From an uncultured Staphylococcaceae bacterium (GTDB taxonomy: Bacteria; Bacillota_I; Bacilli_A; ML615J-28; CAG-313), in the NCBI GenBank assembly GCA_964409955.1, contig CAYPEY010000002.1, positions 17,620-81,619 on the forward strand: 64,000 nt of DNA, read 5' to 3'. The notes under the pieces were generated by a model. The model did not search any database and was not told the DNA's origin. It was given only the letters and a program-made list of their open reading frames with translations. Every line of letters begins with the position of its first letter. Within the stretch, counting starts at the first letter, position 1. This document shows positions 48,553-58,800 of this stretch, in pieces. Both the position numbers and the translations under genes were made by a program.

Positions 48553-49554
48553 TTATTTTGCTAATGCTTGAGAAACAGCTACTGCAACAGCAACTGTAGC
48601 ACCAACCATTGGGTTATTACCCATACCGATTAATCCCATCATTTCTACGTGAGCAGGAACTGATGAAGAACCAGCGAATTGTGCATCTGAATGCATTCTT
48701 CCAAGAGTATCAGTGAAACCATAAGAAGCAGGACCTGCAGCCATGTTATCTGGGTGAAGAGTACGACCTGTTCCACCACCTGATGCAACTGAGAAGTATT
48801 TTTTACCAAGTTCTACACATTCTTTTTTGTATGTTCCAGCAACTGGATGTTGGAAACGAGTTGGGTTAGTTGAGTTACCAGTAATAGATACGTCAACACC
48901 TTCGTAGTGCATAATTGCAACACCTTCTCTAACATCATCAGCACCATAACAGTTAACTAAACCACGATCTCCTTCAGAATATTTTGTACGATTTACTTCA
49001 TGAAGTTTACCAGTTGAATAGTCAAATTTAGTTTCTACATGAGTGAAACCATTGATACGTGAAATAATTTTAGCAGCATCTTTTCCAAGACCATTTAAGA
49101 TAACACGTAAAGGTTCTTTACGAACTTTATTAGCAGTTTTAGCAATACCTATTGCACCTTCTGCTGCAGCAAAAGATTCATGCCCAGCTAAGAATGCGAA
49201 ACATTTAGTTTCTTCAGAAAGTAACATTGCACCAAGGTTACCATGACCAAGACCAACTTTTCTATCATCTGCAACTGAACCAGGAATACAGAATGATTGT
49301 AAACCAACACCAATCCATTTAGCAGCTTCACTAGCATTTGCAGCATTGTTTTTGATAGCAAGAGCAGCACCTACAGTGTATGCCCAACATGCATTTTCAA
49401 AACAAATAGGTTGAATACCTTTAGTAATGTTATAAGCATCAACACCAGCAGCATCACAGATAGCTTTAGCTTCTTCTAAAGATGCAATACCATTTTCATT
49501 TAATGCTTTATTAATTTGATTAATTCTTCTTTCGTAACTTTCAAATAATGCCAT
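48553..49554 (-). CDS. GGGtGRT-family protein (conserved protein of anaerobes, function unknown)
   Basis: Contains the eponymous SGGGTGRTLHPDNM motif; size about 333 aa. Confidence 0.7.
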   Translation of the reverse strand: MALFESYERRINQINKALNENGIASLEEAKAICDAAGVDAYNITKGIQPICFENACWAYTVGAALAIKNNAANASEAAKWIGVGLQSFCIPGSVADDRKVGLGHGNLGAMLLSEETKCFAFLAGHESFAAAEGAIGIAKTANKVRKEPLRVILNGLGKDAAKIISRINGFTHVETKFDYSTGKLHEVNRTKYSEGDRGLVNCYGADDVREGVAIMHYEGVDVSITGNSTNPTRFQHPVAGTYKKECVELGKKYFSVASGGGTGRTLHPDNMAAGPASYGFTDTLGRMHSDAQFAGSSSVPAHVEMMGLIGMGNNPMVGATVAVAVAVSQALAK

Positions 49555-49566
49555 TATAGTTACCTC

Positions 49567-50259
49567 CTATTCTTGACGAGGATCAATATATTTTGATCCT
49601 TCAGCAAATCTACCATAAGTACCAGTAGCTTTCTTTAATGCTTCGTCAGCATTGATACCTTTCTTTAAGAAGTCAGTAAATTTACCTAAATGTAAATATT
49701 CATAACCAATGATTTCATCATTAGCATCAAGTGCTAAACGAGTAACATAACCTTCTGCAAGTTCAAGATAACGAGGACCTTTTACTTTAGTACTATAAGA
49801 AGTACCAACTTGGCTTCTTAATCCTTTGCCTAAGTCTTCTAGACCTGCACCGATTGATAAACCACCTTCAGAGAAAGCAGATTGTGTACGACCATAAATA
49901 ATTTGTAAGAATAATTCTCTCATTGCTGTGTTGATAGCATCACAAACAAGGTCAGTATTAACAGCTTCTAATACAGTTTTTCCTACGATTGCTTCACTAG
50001 CCATAGCAGCAGAGTGAGTCATACCTGAGCATCCGATTGTTTCGATTAATGCTTCTTCGATGATTCCGTTTTTAACATTTAATGTTAATTTACATGCACC
50101 TTGTTGAGGGGCACACCAACCAATACCGTGTGTAAAACCATTGATGTCTTTGATTTCACGAGAATAAGTCCATTGTCCTTCTTGAGGAATTGGAGCACAT
50201 CCGTGACTCGCACCAACTTTTACACTACACATTTCTTTTACTTCATGTGAATAGTTCAT
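49567..50259 (-). CDS. IscU/NifU-like Fe-S scaffold-domain protein (partner of GGGtGRT)
   Basis: GWCAPQQGACKLTLNVKNGIIEEALIETIGCSGMTHSAAMASEAIVGKTVLEAVN aligns with the IscU pattern GAPACGD...GC..AIASSS...GK...EA, with three conserved Cys. The start is the ATG with RBS AAAGGAGA, 12 codons inside the track ORF. Confidence 0.6.
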   Translation of the reverse strand: MNYSHEVKEMCSVKVGASHGCAPIPQEGQWTYSREIKDINGFTHGIGWCAPQQGACKLTLNVKNGIIEEALIETIGCSGMTHSAAMASEAIVGKTVLEAVNTDLVCDAINTAMRELFLQIIYGRTQSAFSEGGLSIGAGLEDLGKGLRSQVGTSYSTKVKGPRYLELAEGYVTRLALDANDEIIGYEYLHLGKFTDFLKKGINADEALKKATGTYGRFAEGSKYIDPRQE

Positions 50260-50355
50260 TGTTTTTTCTCCTTTATTTTTTATTTTTTTTACCATGTATA
50301 ATTATATACGAAAATTAACTTTTTTTCAAATGTTAAGATTTTTTATTTGTTTAAA

Positions 50356-51117
50356 TTATAAATAAATATAAAGATATACCCCTAACCATTGAACAACAGC
50401 ACCTAGTAAAACGAATATATGCCAAATGAAATGTGATGATTTTTTGTTTAATGCGAAAGGAATAATTCCTAACATATAAATAATACCACCAATAAGTATA
50501 TACCATAATAAGGCAGTATGAAGCATATTAGGAAAAAGTATTATTCCACACCAGCCAAGTAATATATAAAGAGTATAATTTAACCACTTAATACGATTTG
50601 GTCCAAAGATACATACAAATGTAATTCCAATAATAATAATTAACCATTGTAAAATACAAAAGATTATGCCATACATACCACCAATAAAATTTAGTAAAAT
50701 TGGCGTATACGTTGCTCCTATAAGAATATAGATTGATGAATAATCAAATTTTCTAAACACTCTTTTTACTGTACTACCATATGGAAAACAATGGTATAAA
50801 CAACTCATTAAAAATAATATAAATATACCTATAGAATATACAATAGCACTTATATATTCAAGCAATGTATCAGATTTTATAATCATTAATATAAATACTA
50901 TGATTGCAAAAATAGCTCCCACACCATGACTTACACCATTTCCAATTTCATTTAATGCACTTCTATATGGTGGATTAACTACCTCTTTATTGGCATTTAC
51001 ACAATCAACTAATCTATCAACATATTCTTCTTTTTGATGTTTTTTATTTTCTTTAAATTCTTTCTTTAAATTTTTTTTATTTTGTTTATATTCTTTCTTT
51101 AATTCTTTTTTAGTCAT
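50356..51117 (-). CDS. Hemolysin-III / PAQR-family membrane protein
   Basis: 7-TM pattern with conserved His (SHGVGAIFAI, LYHCFPY, IWHIFVLLGA). The start is the ATG with RBS GAAAAGGAG; the lysine-rich N-terminal extension in the track ORF lies upstream of it. Confidence 0.7.
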   Translation of the reverse strand: MTKKELKKEYKQNKKNLKKEFKENKKHQKEEYVDRLVDCVNANKEVVNPPYRSALNEIGNGVSHGVGAIFAIIVFILMIIKSDTLLEYISAIVYSIGIFILFLMSCLYHCFPYGSTVKRVFRKFDYSSIYILIGATYTPILLNFIGGMYGIIFCILQWLIIIIGITFVCIFGPNRIKWLNYTLYILLGWCGIILFPNMLHTALLWYILIGGIIYMLGIIPFALNKKSSHFIWHIFVLLGAVVQWLGVYLYIYL

Positions 51118-51276
51118 AACATGCTCCTTTTCAACAACTACAATTATACTCAAAACCCCTTAATAAATCAACACCTTTATTAGGTATTTTAGTCTATTGT
51201 TTTATTTTTAGAAAGAGAATTTTTAATTTTTTTCTCTCTTAAATAGAGAAATAGCAAAAAAGTGCTAGGAAGCATC

Positions 51277-51304
51277 AAAAGACAGGAATTAATCCTGTCT
51301 TTTT
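51277..51304 (-). terminator. Terminator of gpmI (bidirectional-looking)
   Basis: gacagga-attaa-tcctgtc stem flanked by an A-run and a T-run. Confidence 0.6.
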
Positions 51305-51313
51305 AAGATGCCA

Positions 51314-52846
51314 CTATTTACGATTTTTAATCATACTCGTTCCAGTCATTTCTACTGGTTTTTCAATTCCAAGTAATTCTAACATTGTTGGCGCAATATC
51401 ACCTAAGTTACCAGTTTCTCTTAATTCTACACTTGTATCAGTTACAAGGAATGGAACTGGACTTGTTGTATGTGCAGAAAATGGATTTTTATTTTCATCC
51501 CAAATGCAGTCAGCATTACCATGGTCAGCTGTAAGAACAATTGTACCATTAACTTTCTTAACTGCTTCATATACACGGCCAACACATTCATCAACTGCTT
51601 CTACTGCTTTAATAGATGCATCATATACTGCAGTATGTCCAACCATATCACAGTTAGCATAGTTTAAAATAATAGTATCATATTTTTCAGATTCTATTGC
51701 TTCAATAACTTTATCAGTTACTTCATATGCGCTCATTTCAGGTTGCATATCATATGTTGCAACTTTTGGAGATGCAACTAAGATTCTATCAGCTCCAACA
51801 AGTTCTTTATCTACTCCACCATCAAAGAAGAAAGTTACGTGTGCATATTTTTCTGTTTCTGCAATTCTTAATTGTTTTAATCCAAGTTTAGAAATTACTT
51901 CACCATAAATGTTATTTAATTCTTGTAAGCCGAATGCTACATCACCTTTTACAAGATCAGAATATAACATCATTTGAACAAAACATAAATTATTGAATTC
52001 TACATAATCTTTTAAATCACCCTTAGGAGATTTAGCCTCACGTGGATTAGTTAAAGCAACACTCATTTGAATAGCTCTATCTGGTCTAAAGTTTGCAAAA
52101 ATTACAGAATCATTTTCTTTAATATTAGAACCCTCAGTTACAATATAAGGTTTAACAAATTCATCAGTTACATCACTTGCATAGCTTTCATCAATACCTG
52201 AAAGTAAACCTTTAATAGGAGCATCACCTTTTACTAAAGCATCATATGCAACTTGAGTTCTATCATAGTTTTTATCTCTATCCATTGCATAGTATCTTCC
52301 ACTTACAACGCCAAGATCTACACCCTTTACGCGTGCAGCATCAAGTGCTGATAAGAATTCTTTTGCTGATGTTGGTGGAACATCACGTCCATCAAGGAAT
52401 GAATGAACATAAACTTGTTTAACTCCTCTTTCTTTTGCTTTATTCATTAAATAAATAATATGATCGATATGAGAGTGAACACCACCATCACTCATAAGAC
52501 CCATAATGTGAAGGCTTGAATTATTTTTAATTGCATGATTGATTGCATTATCAATTGCAGGTTGCTTATCTAAAGTTTTTTCACGGCATGCAATATTAAC
52601 TCTTGTTAATGATTGGAATACAACACGACCAGCGCCAATATTTAAGTGACCAACTTCACTATTTCCCATTTGTCCATCTGGAAGACCTACAGCTTCACCT
52701 GATGCACCAATTAAAGTATTTGGATATGTTGCAAATAATTTATCTAAATTAGGTTTTTTAGCATTCGCAATTGCATTACCACAACAAGTTGTTCTAATAC
52801 CATAACCATCCATAATAACTAACATTACTAAATTTTTTTGGCTCAT
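51314..52846 (-). CDS. gpmI: 2,3-bisphosphoglycerate-independent phosphoglycerate mutase
   Basis: VMLVIMDGYGI...SDGGVHSHIDH...GNSEVGHLNIGAGR, the classic iPGM sequence. Confidence 0.95.
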   Translation of the reverse strand: MSQKNLVMLVIMDGYGIRTTCCGNAIANAKKPNLDKLFATYPNTLIGASGEAVGLPDGQMGNSEVGHLNIGAGRVVFQSLTRVNIACREKTLDKQPAIDNAINHAIKNNSSLHIMGLMSDGGVHSHIDHIIYLMNKAKERGVKQVYVHSFLDGRDVPPTSAKEFLSALDAARVKGVDLGVVSGRYYAMDRDKNYDRTQVAYDALVKGDAPIKGLLSGIDESYASDVTDEFVKPYIVTEGSNIKENDSVIFANFRPDRAIQMSVALTNPREAKSPKGDLKDYVEFNNLCFVQMMLYSDLVKGDVAFGLQELNNIYGEVISKLGLKQLRIAETEKYAHVTFFFDGGVDKELVGADRILVASPKVATYDMQPEMSAYEVTDKVIEAIESEKYDTIILNYANCDMVGHTAVYDASIKAVEAVDECVGRVYEAVKKVNGTIVLTADHGNADCIWDENKNPFSAHTTSPVPFLVTDTSVELRETGNLGDIAPTMLELLGIEKPVEMTGTSMIKNRK

Positions 52847-52911
52847 TTTATTACCTCTATTTCTATATATTTTTAATCCTTAAATATTATAACAAATTTT
52901 CTTATTTTTTT

Positions 52912-53427
52912 CTACTTATTTGAATTTAATAACTGATCTAGTTTCATTCTTAAAAATTGAGAATATAATATAAATACTAAAATAGCTGTAACTGGACTCT
53001 TAACAAGAGCTATTGCTACACGAATTGGTAACATCGCAAGAGCTGATTCTAATCCATAATAAAGTATTAAATAAACCGTATTAATACCTGTTGCAAGAAG
53101 TGCAGTCATAAAAACTACTGCAATTAAGAATAATTTATCTAATTTTTTATTATAAAACAATCCTCCAGCAACTCCCCATACTATTGTTGTAAACATCATA
53201 ATAAATGAAAAAGGAAATGGAGAAAAGATAAGTCCATAAATTAAGTCAGCACCTAGTGCACAAATCCCACCATAGAAAGGTCCAACAAGCATTCCTGCTA
53301 AAAATAGTGGCAACTCCCAAATACTAATTCTAAATTCCCCATTACCAATAGAAAAAGTTTTGAATACTACACCTAGCGCCATAAATATAGCTATTACTGC
53401 GATTTTTTTTGTATTTATTTTAAACAT
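52912..53427 (-). CDS. ECF-transporter S component-like small membrane protein
   Basis: 171 aa with 5–6 TM helices and a Gly-rich helix (LVGPFYGGICALGADLIYG), reminiscent of FolT/ThiT-type S components. Confidence 0.45.
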   Translation of the reverse strand: MFKINTKKIAVIAIFMALGVVFKTFSIGNGEFRISIWELPLFLAGMLVGPFYGGICALGADLIYGLIFSPFPFSFIMMFTTIVWGVAGGLFYNKKLDKLFLIAVVFMTALLATGINTVYLILYYGLESALAMLPIRVAIALVKSPVTAILVFILYSQFLRMKLDQLLNSNK

Positions 53428-53509
53428 ATATATACCCCGTATAACTTAAGATATATATATTATATCAAAATTTTTTTAATAAATAAACAAAAAGATTAAA
53501 CTATTTTGT

Positions 53510-54298
53510 TTAATCTTTACTTTTATTATCTTTTTGATTAAATATTATCTTTAATGCGTTTTTCTCAAGGCGTGATACTTGTGCTTGAGAAATACCAAGT
53601 TCCTCTGCAATCTCCATTTGGGTTTTATTATCATAATATCTACTATATATAATTCCACGTAGTCGATCGTTTAGTCTTGCAATTCCTTCATCAATAATCA
53701 TTTTATTAAGTCTTTTTTCTTCACTATCAACATTATCAGCAATCTGATCTATTAAATATATTTCATCTCCACCATTACTATAAATTGGTGTATATATTGA
53801 AATAGGTTCTTGAATAGCTTCAAGTGCTACAACAATGTCAATTGGCTCTACTTCTAAGTATTCAGCCATTTCTTCAGTTGTTGGTTCTAAACCTTTTTGA
53901 TTAAAATACGATTCTTTAAACTGAAGAGCTTTATATGCTAAATCTTTTATAGATCTGCTAACTCTAATAATTGAATTATCTCTTAAGTATCTTCTAATTT
54001 CACCAATAATCATTGGTACTGCATATGTAGAAAATTTTACTCCATGAGAAAAGTCAAAATTATCAACAGCTTTAACAAGGCCCATTGCGCCTACTTGAAA
54101 CAAATCATCTAAATCTTCTTTACGATTATTAAATCTCTTAACTACACTTAAAACTAGTTTTAAGTTTCCTTCCACCACCATATATCTTGCATCAAAGTCA
54201 CCTTGTTGACTTAATTTTATTAACTCTAATGTTTCATCATGAGATAAAACTCTTAAATCTTGGGTATTAACACCAGTAATTTCAACTTTATTACGCAT
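53510..54298 (-). CDS. sigG: Sporulation sigma factor G
   Basis: Near-identity of segments to B. subtilis SigG (RNKVEI.GV, LVLSV..RFNNR, DDLFQVG..GL.K..DNFD, VKFSTYAVPMIIGEIRRYLRDN, TQMEVAEE.GISQAQVSRLEK). The start is the second ATG, with RBS GGAGGA. Confidence 0.85.
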   Translation of the reverse strand: MRNKVEITGVNTQDLRVLSHDETLELIKLSQQGDFDARYMVVEGNLKLVLSVVKRFNNRKEDLDDLFQVGAMGLVKAVDNFDFSHGVKFSTYAVPMIIGEIRRYLRDNSIIRVSRSIKDLAYKALQFKESYFNQKGLEPTTEEMAEYLEVEPIDIVVALEAIQEPISIYTPIYSNGGDEIYLIDQIADNVDSEEKRLNKMIIDEGIARLNDRLRGIIYSRYYDNKTQMEIAEELGISQAQVSRLEKNALKIIFNQKDNKSKD

Positions 54299-54403
54299 AA
54301 TCTTATCCTCCAATAAAAGTATGCGTAAAATTAAAATTTTTTATGCAATTTTTAAAAATTTCTGATTTTTAAAAATATTTTTAATTAAATAAAATGTCTA
54401 AAC

Positions 54404-55114
54404 CTATGCTATTTTTACTAATGATTCAATATCATGCCTCATTTTTTCCATTATTCGTTTTTCAAGTCGAGAAATGTATGATTGCGAAATTCCTAGTAAA
54501 TCTGCAACTTCTTTTTGAGTAAGGGGTTCTTTCCCATTTAGTCCGAATCTTAAAATTACAATTTCACGTTCTCTTTTATTTAATCGATTAATAGCATAAT
54601 ATAAATTTCTAATATCTTCTTCTTCTGTCATTTTTGTAAGCACTAGTGGATCATTAGAACATATAACATCCGCAAGCAACATTTCATTACCCTCAGAATC
54701 AATACTCAAAACTTCATCTAAGGAATATTCAAGTCTAGTTTTTTGTGTTTTTCTTAAATGCATTAATATTTCATTTTCTATACAACGTGAGGCATATGTA
54801 GCAAGTTTAATGTTTTTTTCAAGTTTAAAGGTTTGAATTCCTTTTATTAAACCGAGTGAACCAATACTAATTAAGTCTTCCATATTGATCTTTGTTGATT
54901 CAAATTTTTTTGCAATAAATACAACTAATCTTAAATTATGTTCAATCAATTTATTTCTTGCTTCTATATCTCCCTCCCTAACAAGTAACAATAATTTTGT
55001 CTCTTCTTCCTCATTAAGCGGTTGAGGTAGTTGATTGCTACTATGAATATATAAACAACATTTATCCTTTCTAACAAAGAATTTATCTAAAATCTTTTTT
55101 ATTAATGTTAACAT
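54404..55114 (-). CDS. sigE: Sporulation sigma factor E (pro-sigma-E with N-terminal pro-sequence)
   Basis: LPQPLNEEEE...REGDIEARNKLIEHNLRLVVFIAKKFESTKINMEDLISIGSLGLIKGIQTF...KLATYASRCIENEILMHLRK closely matches SigE. Confidence 0.85.
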   Translation of the reverse strand: MLTLIKKILDKFFVRKDKCCLYIHSSNQLPQPLNEEEETKLLLLVREGDIEARNKLIEHNLRLVVFIAKKFESTKINMEDLISIGSLGLIKGIQTFKLEKNIKLATYASRCIENEILMHLRKTQKTRLEYSLDEVLSIDSEGNEMLLADVICSNDPLVLTKMTEEEDIRNLYYAINRLNKREREIVILRFGLNGKEPLTQKEVADLLGISQSYISRLEKRIMEKMRHDIESLVKIA

Positions 55115-55115
55115 A

Positions 55116-55805
55116 CTATCCCCCTATTTCTTTATTTAACACTACATCATATTTTATATGTTTTGAAAATGAATAATATACCTCCTTTTCAATTTTATTA
55201 ATAATAAGTTTTGGTCCAATATATATGTTTATTAAATGAGGTCCTTCCACTGTATTTATATATATATTATCTAATTCTTTAAATTCGTAAGAAAAATATT
55301 TTTGGTTTATAAACACAATAGGAATATTATTATAACTTGTAATATTACCTGTATCATAAAAACCTTTTAAATTTAAGTTACCTATTCTTATTTCCTTAAT
55401 TACCTTATTCTCTTGTTGATAACTTTGAATTAAATATAAAAAAATTATATATATCATCGTAACAAACATCATACTTACACTTCTAACATTTAATACTATT
55501 AGGCAACCAATAAAACTTAAATTCAGTAAATAAAAAATTGTCGTTTTTATAATTAACTTTTTTACATCACTACTATCAAAAGCTGTAAGTGCAATAATAA
55601 TTCCCATAAAATATCTAATTACAAAATATATTTTATAAGGTAACAAAAATAAAAATAACATTACAAGCGATAATATAAGAGCAAATGTTACTCTAATCGG
55701 TTTTAACTTTTCTTTATAAATAAGCGCAATAGTTTTAATAAAAGCATAATTTACAACAATAGTTGCCAAGATAAATAAGTCCAAATAAACAATCATATTA
55801 AACAC
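55116..55805 (-). CDS. spoIIGA: Sigma-E processing aspartic peptidase SpoIIGA
   Basis: Polytopic N-terminus plus a C-terminal domain with the DTGN active-site motif (GFYDTGNITS). Position immediately upstream of sigE. Confidence 0.75.
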   Translation of the reverse strand: MFNMIVYLDLFILATIVVNYAFIKTIALIYKEKLKPIRVTFALILSLVMLFLFLLPYKIYFVIRYFMGIIIALTAFDSSDVKKLIIKTTIFYLLNLSFIGCLIVLNVRSVSMMFVTMIYIIFLYLIQSYQQENKVIKEIRIGNLNLKGFYDTGNITSYNNIPIVFINQKYFSYEFKELDNIYINTVEGPHLINIYIGPKLIINKIEKEVYYSFSKHIKYDVVLNKEIGG

Positions 55806-55882
55806 CTCTATAAGTATACACTACTTTATATAAATATTTTGTCACTTCTTTACGCAAGAAAAAAAGTAACAAGAATCACTTG

Positions 55883-58800
55883 TTACTTTTCATCTTTTAT
55901 TTTATCTTTTGCAACCGATAACATTAATTTGATACGATTTAATTGATTAACTTCACTTGCTCCTGGATCATAATCAATAGCTGTAATATTTGCATCAGGA
56001 TATTCTTTTTTTAACACTTTAATTACACCTTTACCAACTATATGATTAGGTAAGCATGCAAATGGTTGTACACATATGATATTTGGTGTTCCAGTTTTTA
56101 ATAATTCCACCATTTCTCCTGTTAAAAACCATCCTTCACCATACTGATTTCCTATAGAAATAAATGGTTTAGCATATTCAGCAATCTTTTCAATAGGAAC
56201 AGATTCACTAAATCTTTTACTACGTTTTAATGCTTGATCTGCCGGTTTTCTTAAGCTTCCTATAAATTTAATAGCTATTTTAGATATTATATCGCTAAGT
56301 TTAGATTTTCCTAAATACTTATATTTATATTGCATATTATACATACAATAATTTAAGAAATCAATTAAATCAGGAACAACTACTTCTGCTCCTTCTTTTT
56401 CTAATAAATCTACTAAATGATTATTAGCTAGTGGCATATATTTAACTAAAATTTCACCAACTATTCCTACTCGTGGTTTTTTTAATTTTTCATTAATTTC
56501 AAAGTTATCAAATCTATCAACTATAATGTTGCACATATCTTTAAATTTATATGTTGAATTTAATATTGAATCAACACACATATCTTTAAGTTCATTATAT
56601 AAGGCATTAGCAGAGCCTTTTTTTAATTCATAAGGCCTTATGCGATATAAACATTTCATTAAAAGGTCTCCATAGATTATACATTTACCACAATCCATAG
56701 CAAATTTCAATCCCATTTTAAAACCTTCATTTTTTTCCATACCATTCATATTTAATGACAAAACCGGAATATGTGATAGACCTACTTGATCTAAAGCTCT
56801 TCTAATAAAACCGACATAATTACTTGCGCGACAAGCACCGCCTGTTTGTGTCATAACTATTGCGAGTTTATTAGTATCATATTTTCCAGAAAGAACTGCA
56901 TCCATAACCTGACCTACTACTGTAATAGAGGGATAACATGCATCATTATTAACAAATTTTAACCCCATATCTACAGCATTTTTATTATCATTAGTTAATA
57001 CTTCTACATTATATCCATGATGTCTTACGATTGGTTGTAAAATATCAAAATGAATAGGACTCATTTGTGGTGCCAAAATAGTATATCCTTCATCTTTCAT
57101 CTTTTTAGTAAATTCACTTCGGTGATATGTTATATCCGTAAATGTTGGCAAAACATTAAGTTTTTTTCGCATATTAATAGCAGAAAGTAAACTTCTAACT
57201 CTTATTCTTGCAGAACCCAAATTATTTACTTCATCTATTTTTAATACTGTATATAGTTTATTGTTTTTTTCTAAAATTTCATTAACCTGATCTACTGTAA
57301 CTGCATCTACGCCACAACCAAAAGAATTTAATTGTATAACATCTAAATCATTTCTTTTTGATACAAATTCTGCTGCATTATATAATCGTGAATGATAAAC
57401 CCATTGATCATTGACACGAATAGGACGAGTTGGATTAAAGTCAAAGGAAATACTATCTTCTGTTAAAACTGCCATATTATATGAAGAAATCATTTCAGGA
57501 ATCCCATGATTGATTTCTGGATCAATATGATAAGGTCTTCCAAGTAATATTATTCCATGAGCATTATTTTCTTCTATCCAAGAAAGAGCTTTTTTACCTT
57601 CTTTAATAATATCACTCTTGCATAATAAAAGTTCATTCCATGCCGCATCTACTGCGTTTTTTACTTCCTTACTAGATATATTCCATTCATCTTTACATAC
57701 TTTAGCAAGTCGTTTAAATACTACATCTTTATCATTAAAAGATATAAATGGTCTAATATATTTAACCTCATTATTATTAACAGCATCAACATTATTTTTT
57801 AGATTTTCAGGATAACCTATAACAATAGGGCAATTAAAATTATTTTGAGCATCCTTTGTTTCTTTTCTTTCATAAAATATACAAGGGTGAAAAATTGATT
57901 TAACTCCTTTATTAATTAACCATGTTATATGACCATGAGATAATTTTGCTGGATAGCATTCAGATTCAGAAGGTATTGATTCCATTCCTAGTTCATATAT
58001 AGCACGACTAGATTCAGGTGAAAGCATTACTCTAAACTTTAATATTTTAAAGAATGTTGCCCAAAAAGGATAATTTTCATATATATTTAAAACCCTAGGT
58101 ATTCCAATTACTCCTCGTGTTGCTTGACTCAATTCTAAAGGCTCATAATCAAATATTCTATGCTTCTTATATAAAACTAAATTAGGTGCATCATTCTTTT
58201 TAGTATTGTTACCTAAACCCTTTTCACAACGATTACCGCTAATATACTTTTGATTATCTTTGAATTTATTAACTGTAAGTAAACAATTATTAACACATTT
58301 TCCACAACGTACATTTGAAGTAGTATGAGTAAGATTAGGTATCTCATTAAGTGGTAACATTGAAGTTTTTTGATTATTATGTCTATCTCTTGCGAAGAGT
58401 GCAGCGCCAAATGCTCCCATTATTCCAGCAATATCAGGACATATTACTTCTAATCCTGTTATTTTTTCAAAAGCACGTAAAACTGCTTTATTATAAAAAG
58501 TTCCACCTTGGACAACTATGTTTTTGCCAAGTTTTGATATATCAGTTAATTTAATTACTTTATATAATGCATTCTTAATAACTGAATAAGCAAGACCTGC
58601 TGAAATATCTGAAACGCTAGCACCTTCTTTTTGAGCTTGCTTTACATTAGAATTCATAAATACTGTACAACGGCTTCCAAGATCAATTGGGTTCTTCGCA
58701 TATATTGCCTCATTTGCAAACTCCTCAGCACTATAACCAAGTGAATTTGCAAAATTTTCAATAAAGGAACCACATCCTGATGAACACGCTTCATTTAATA

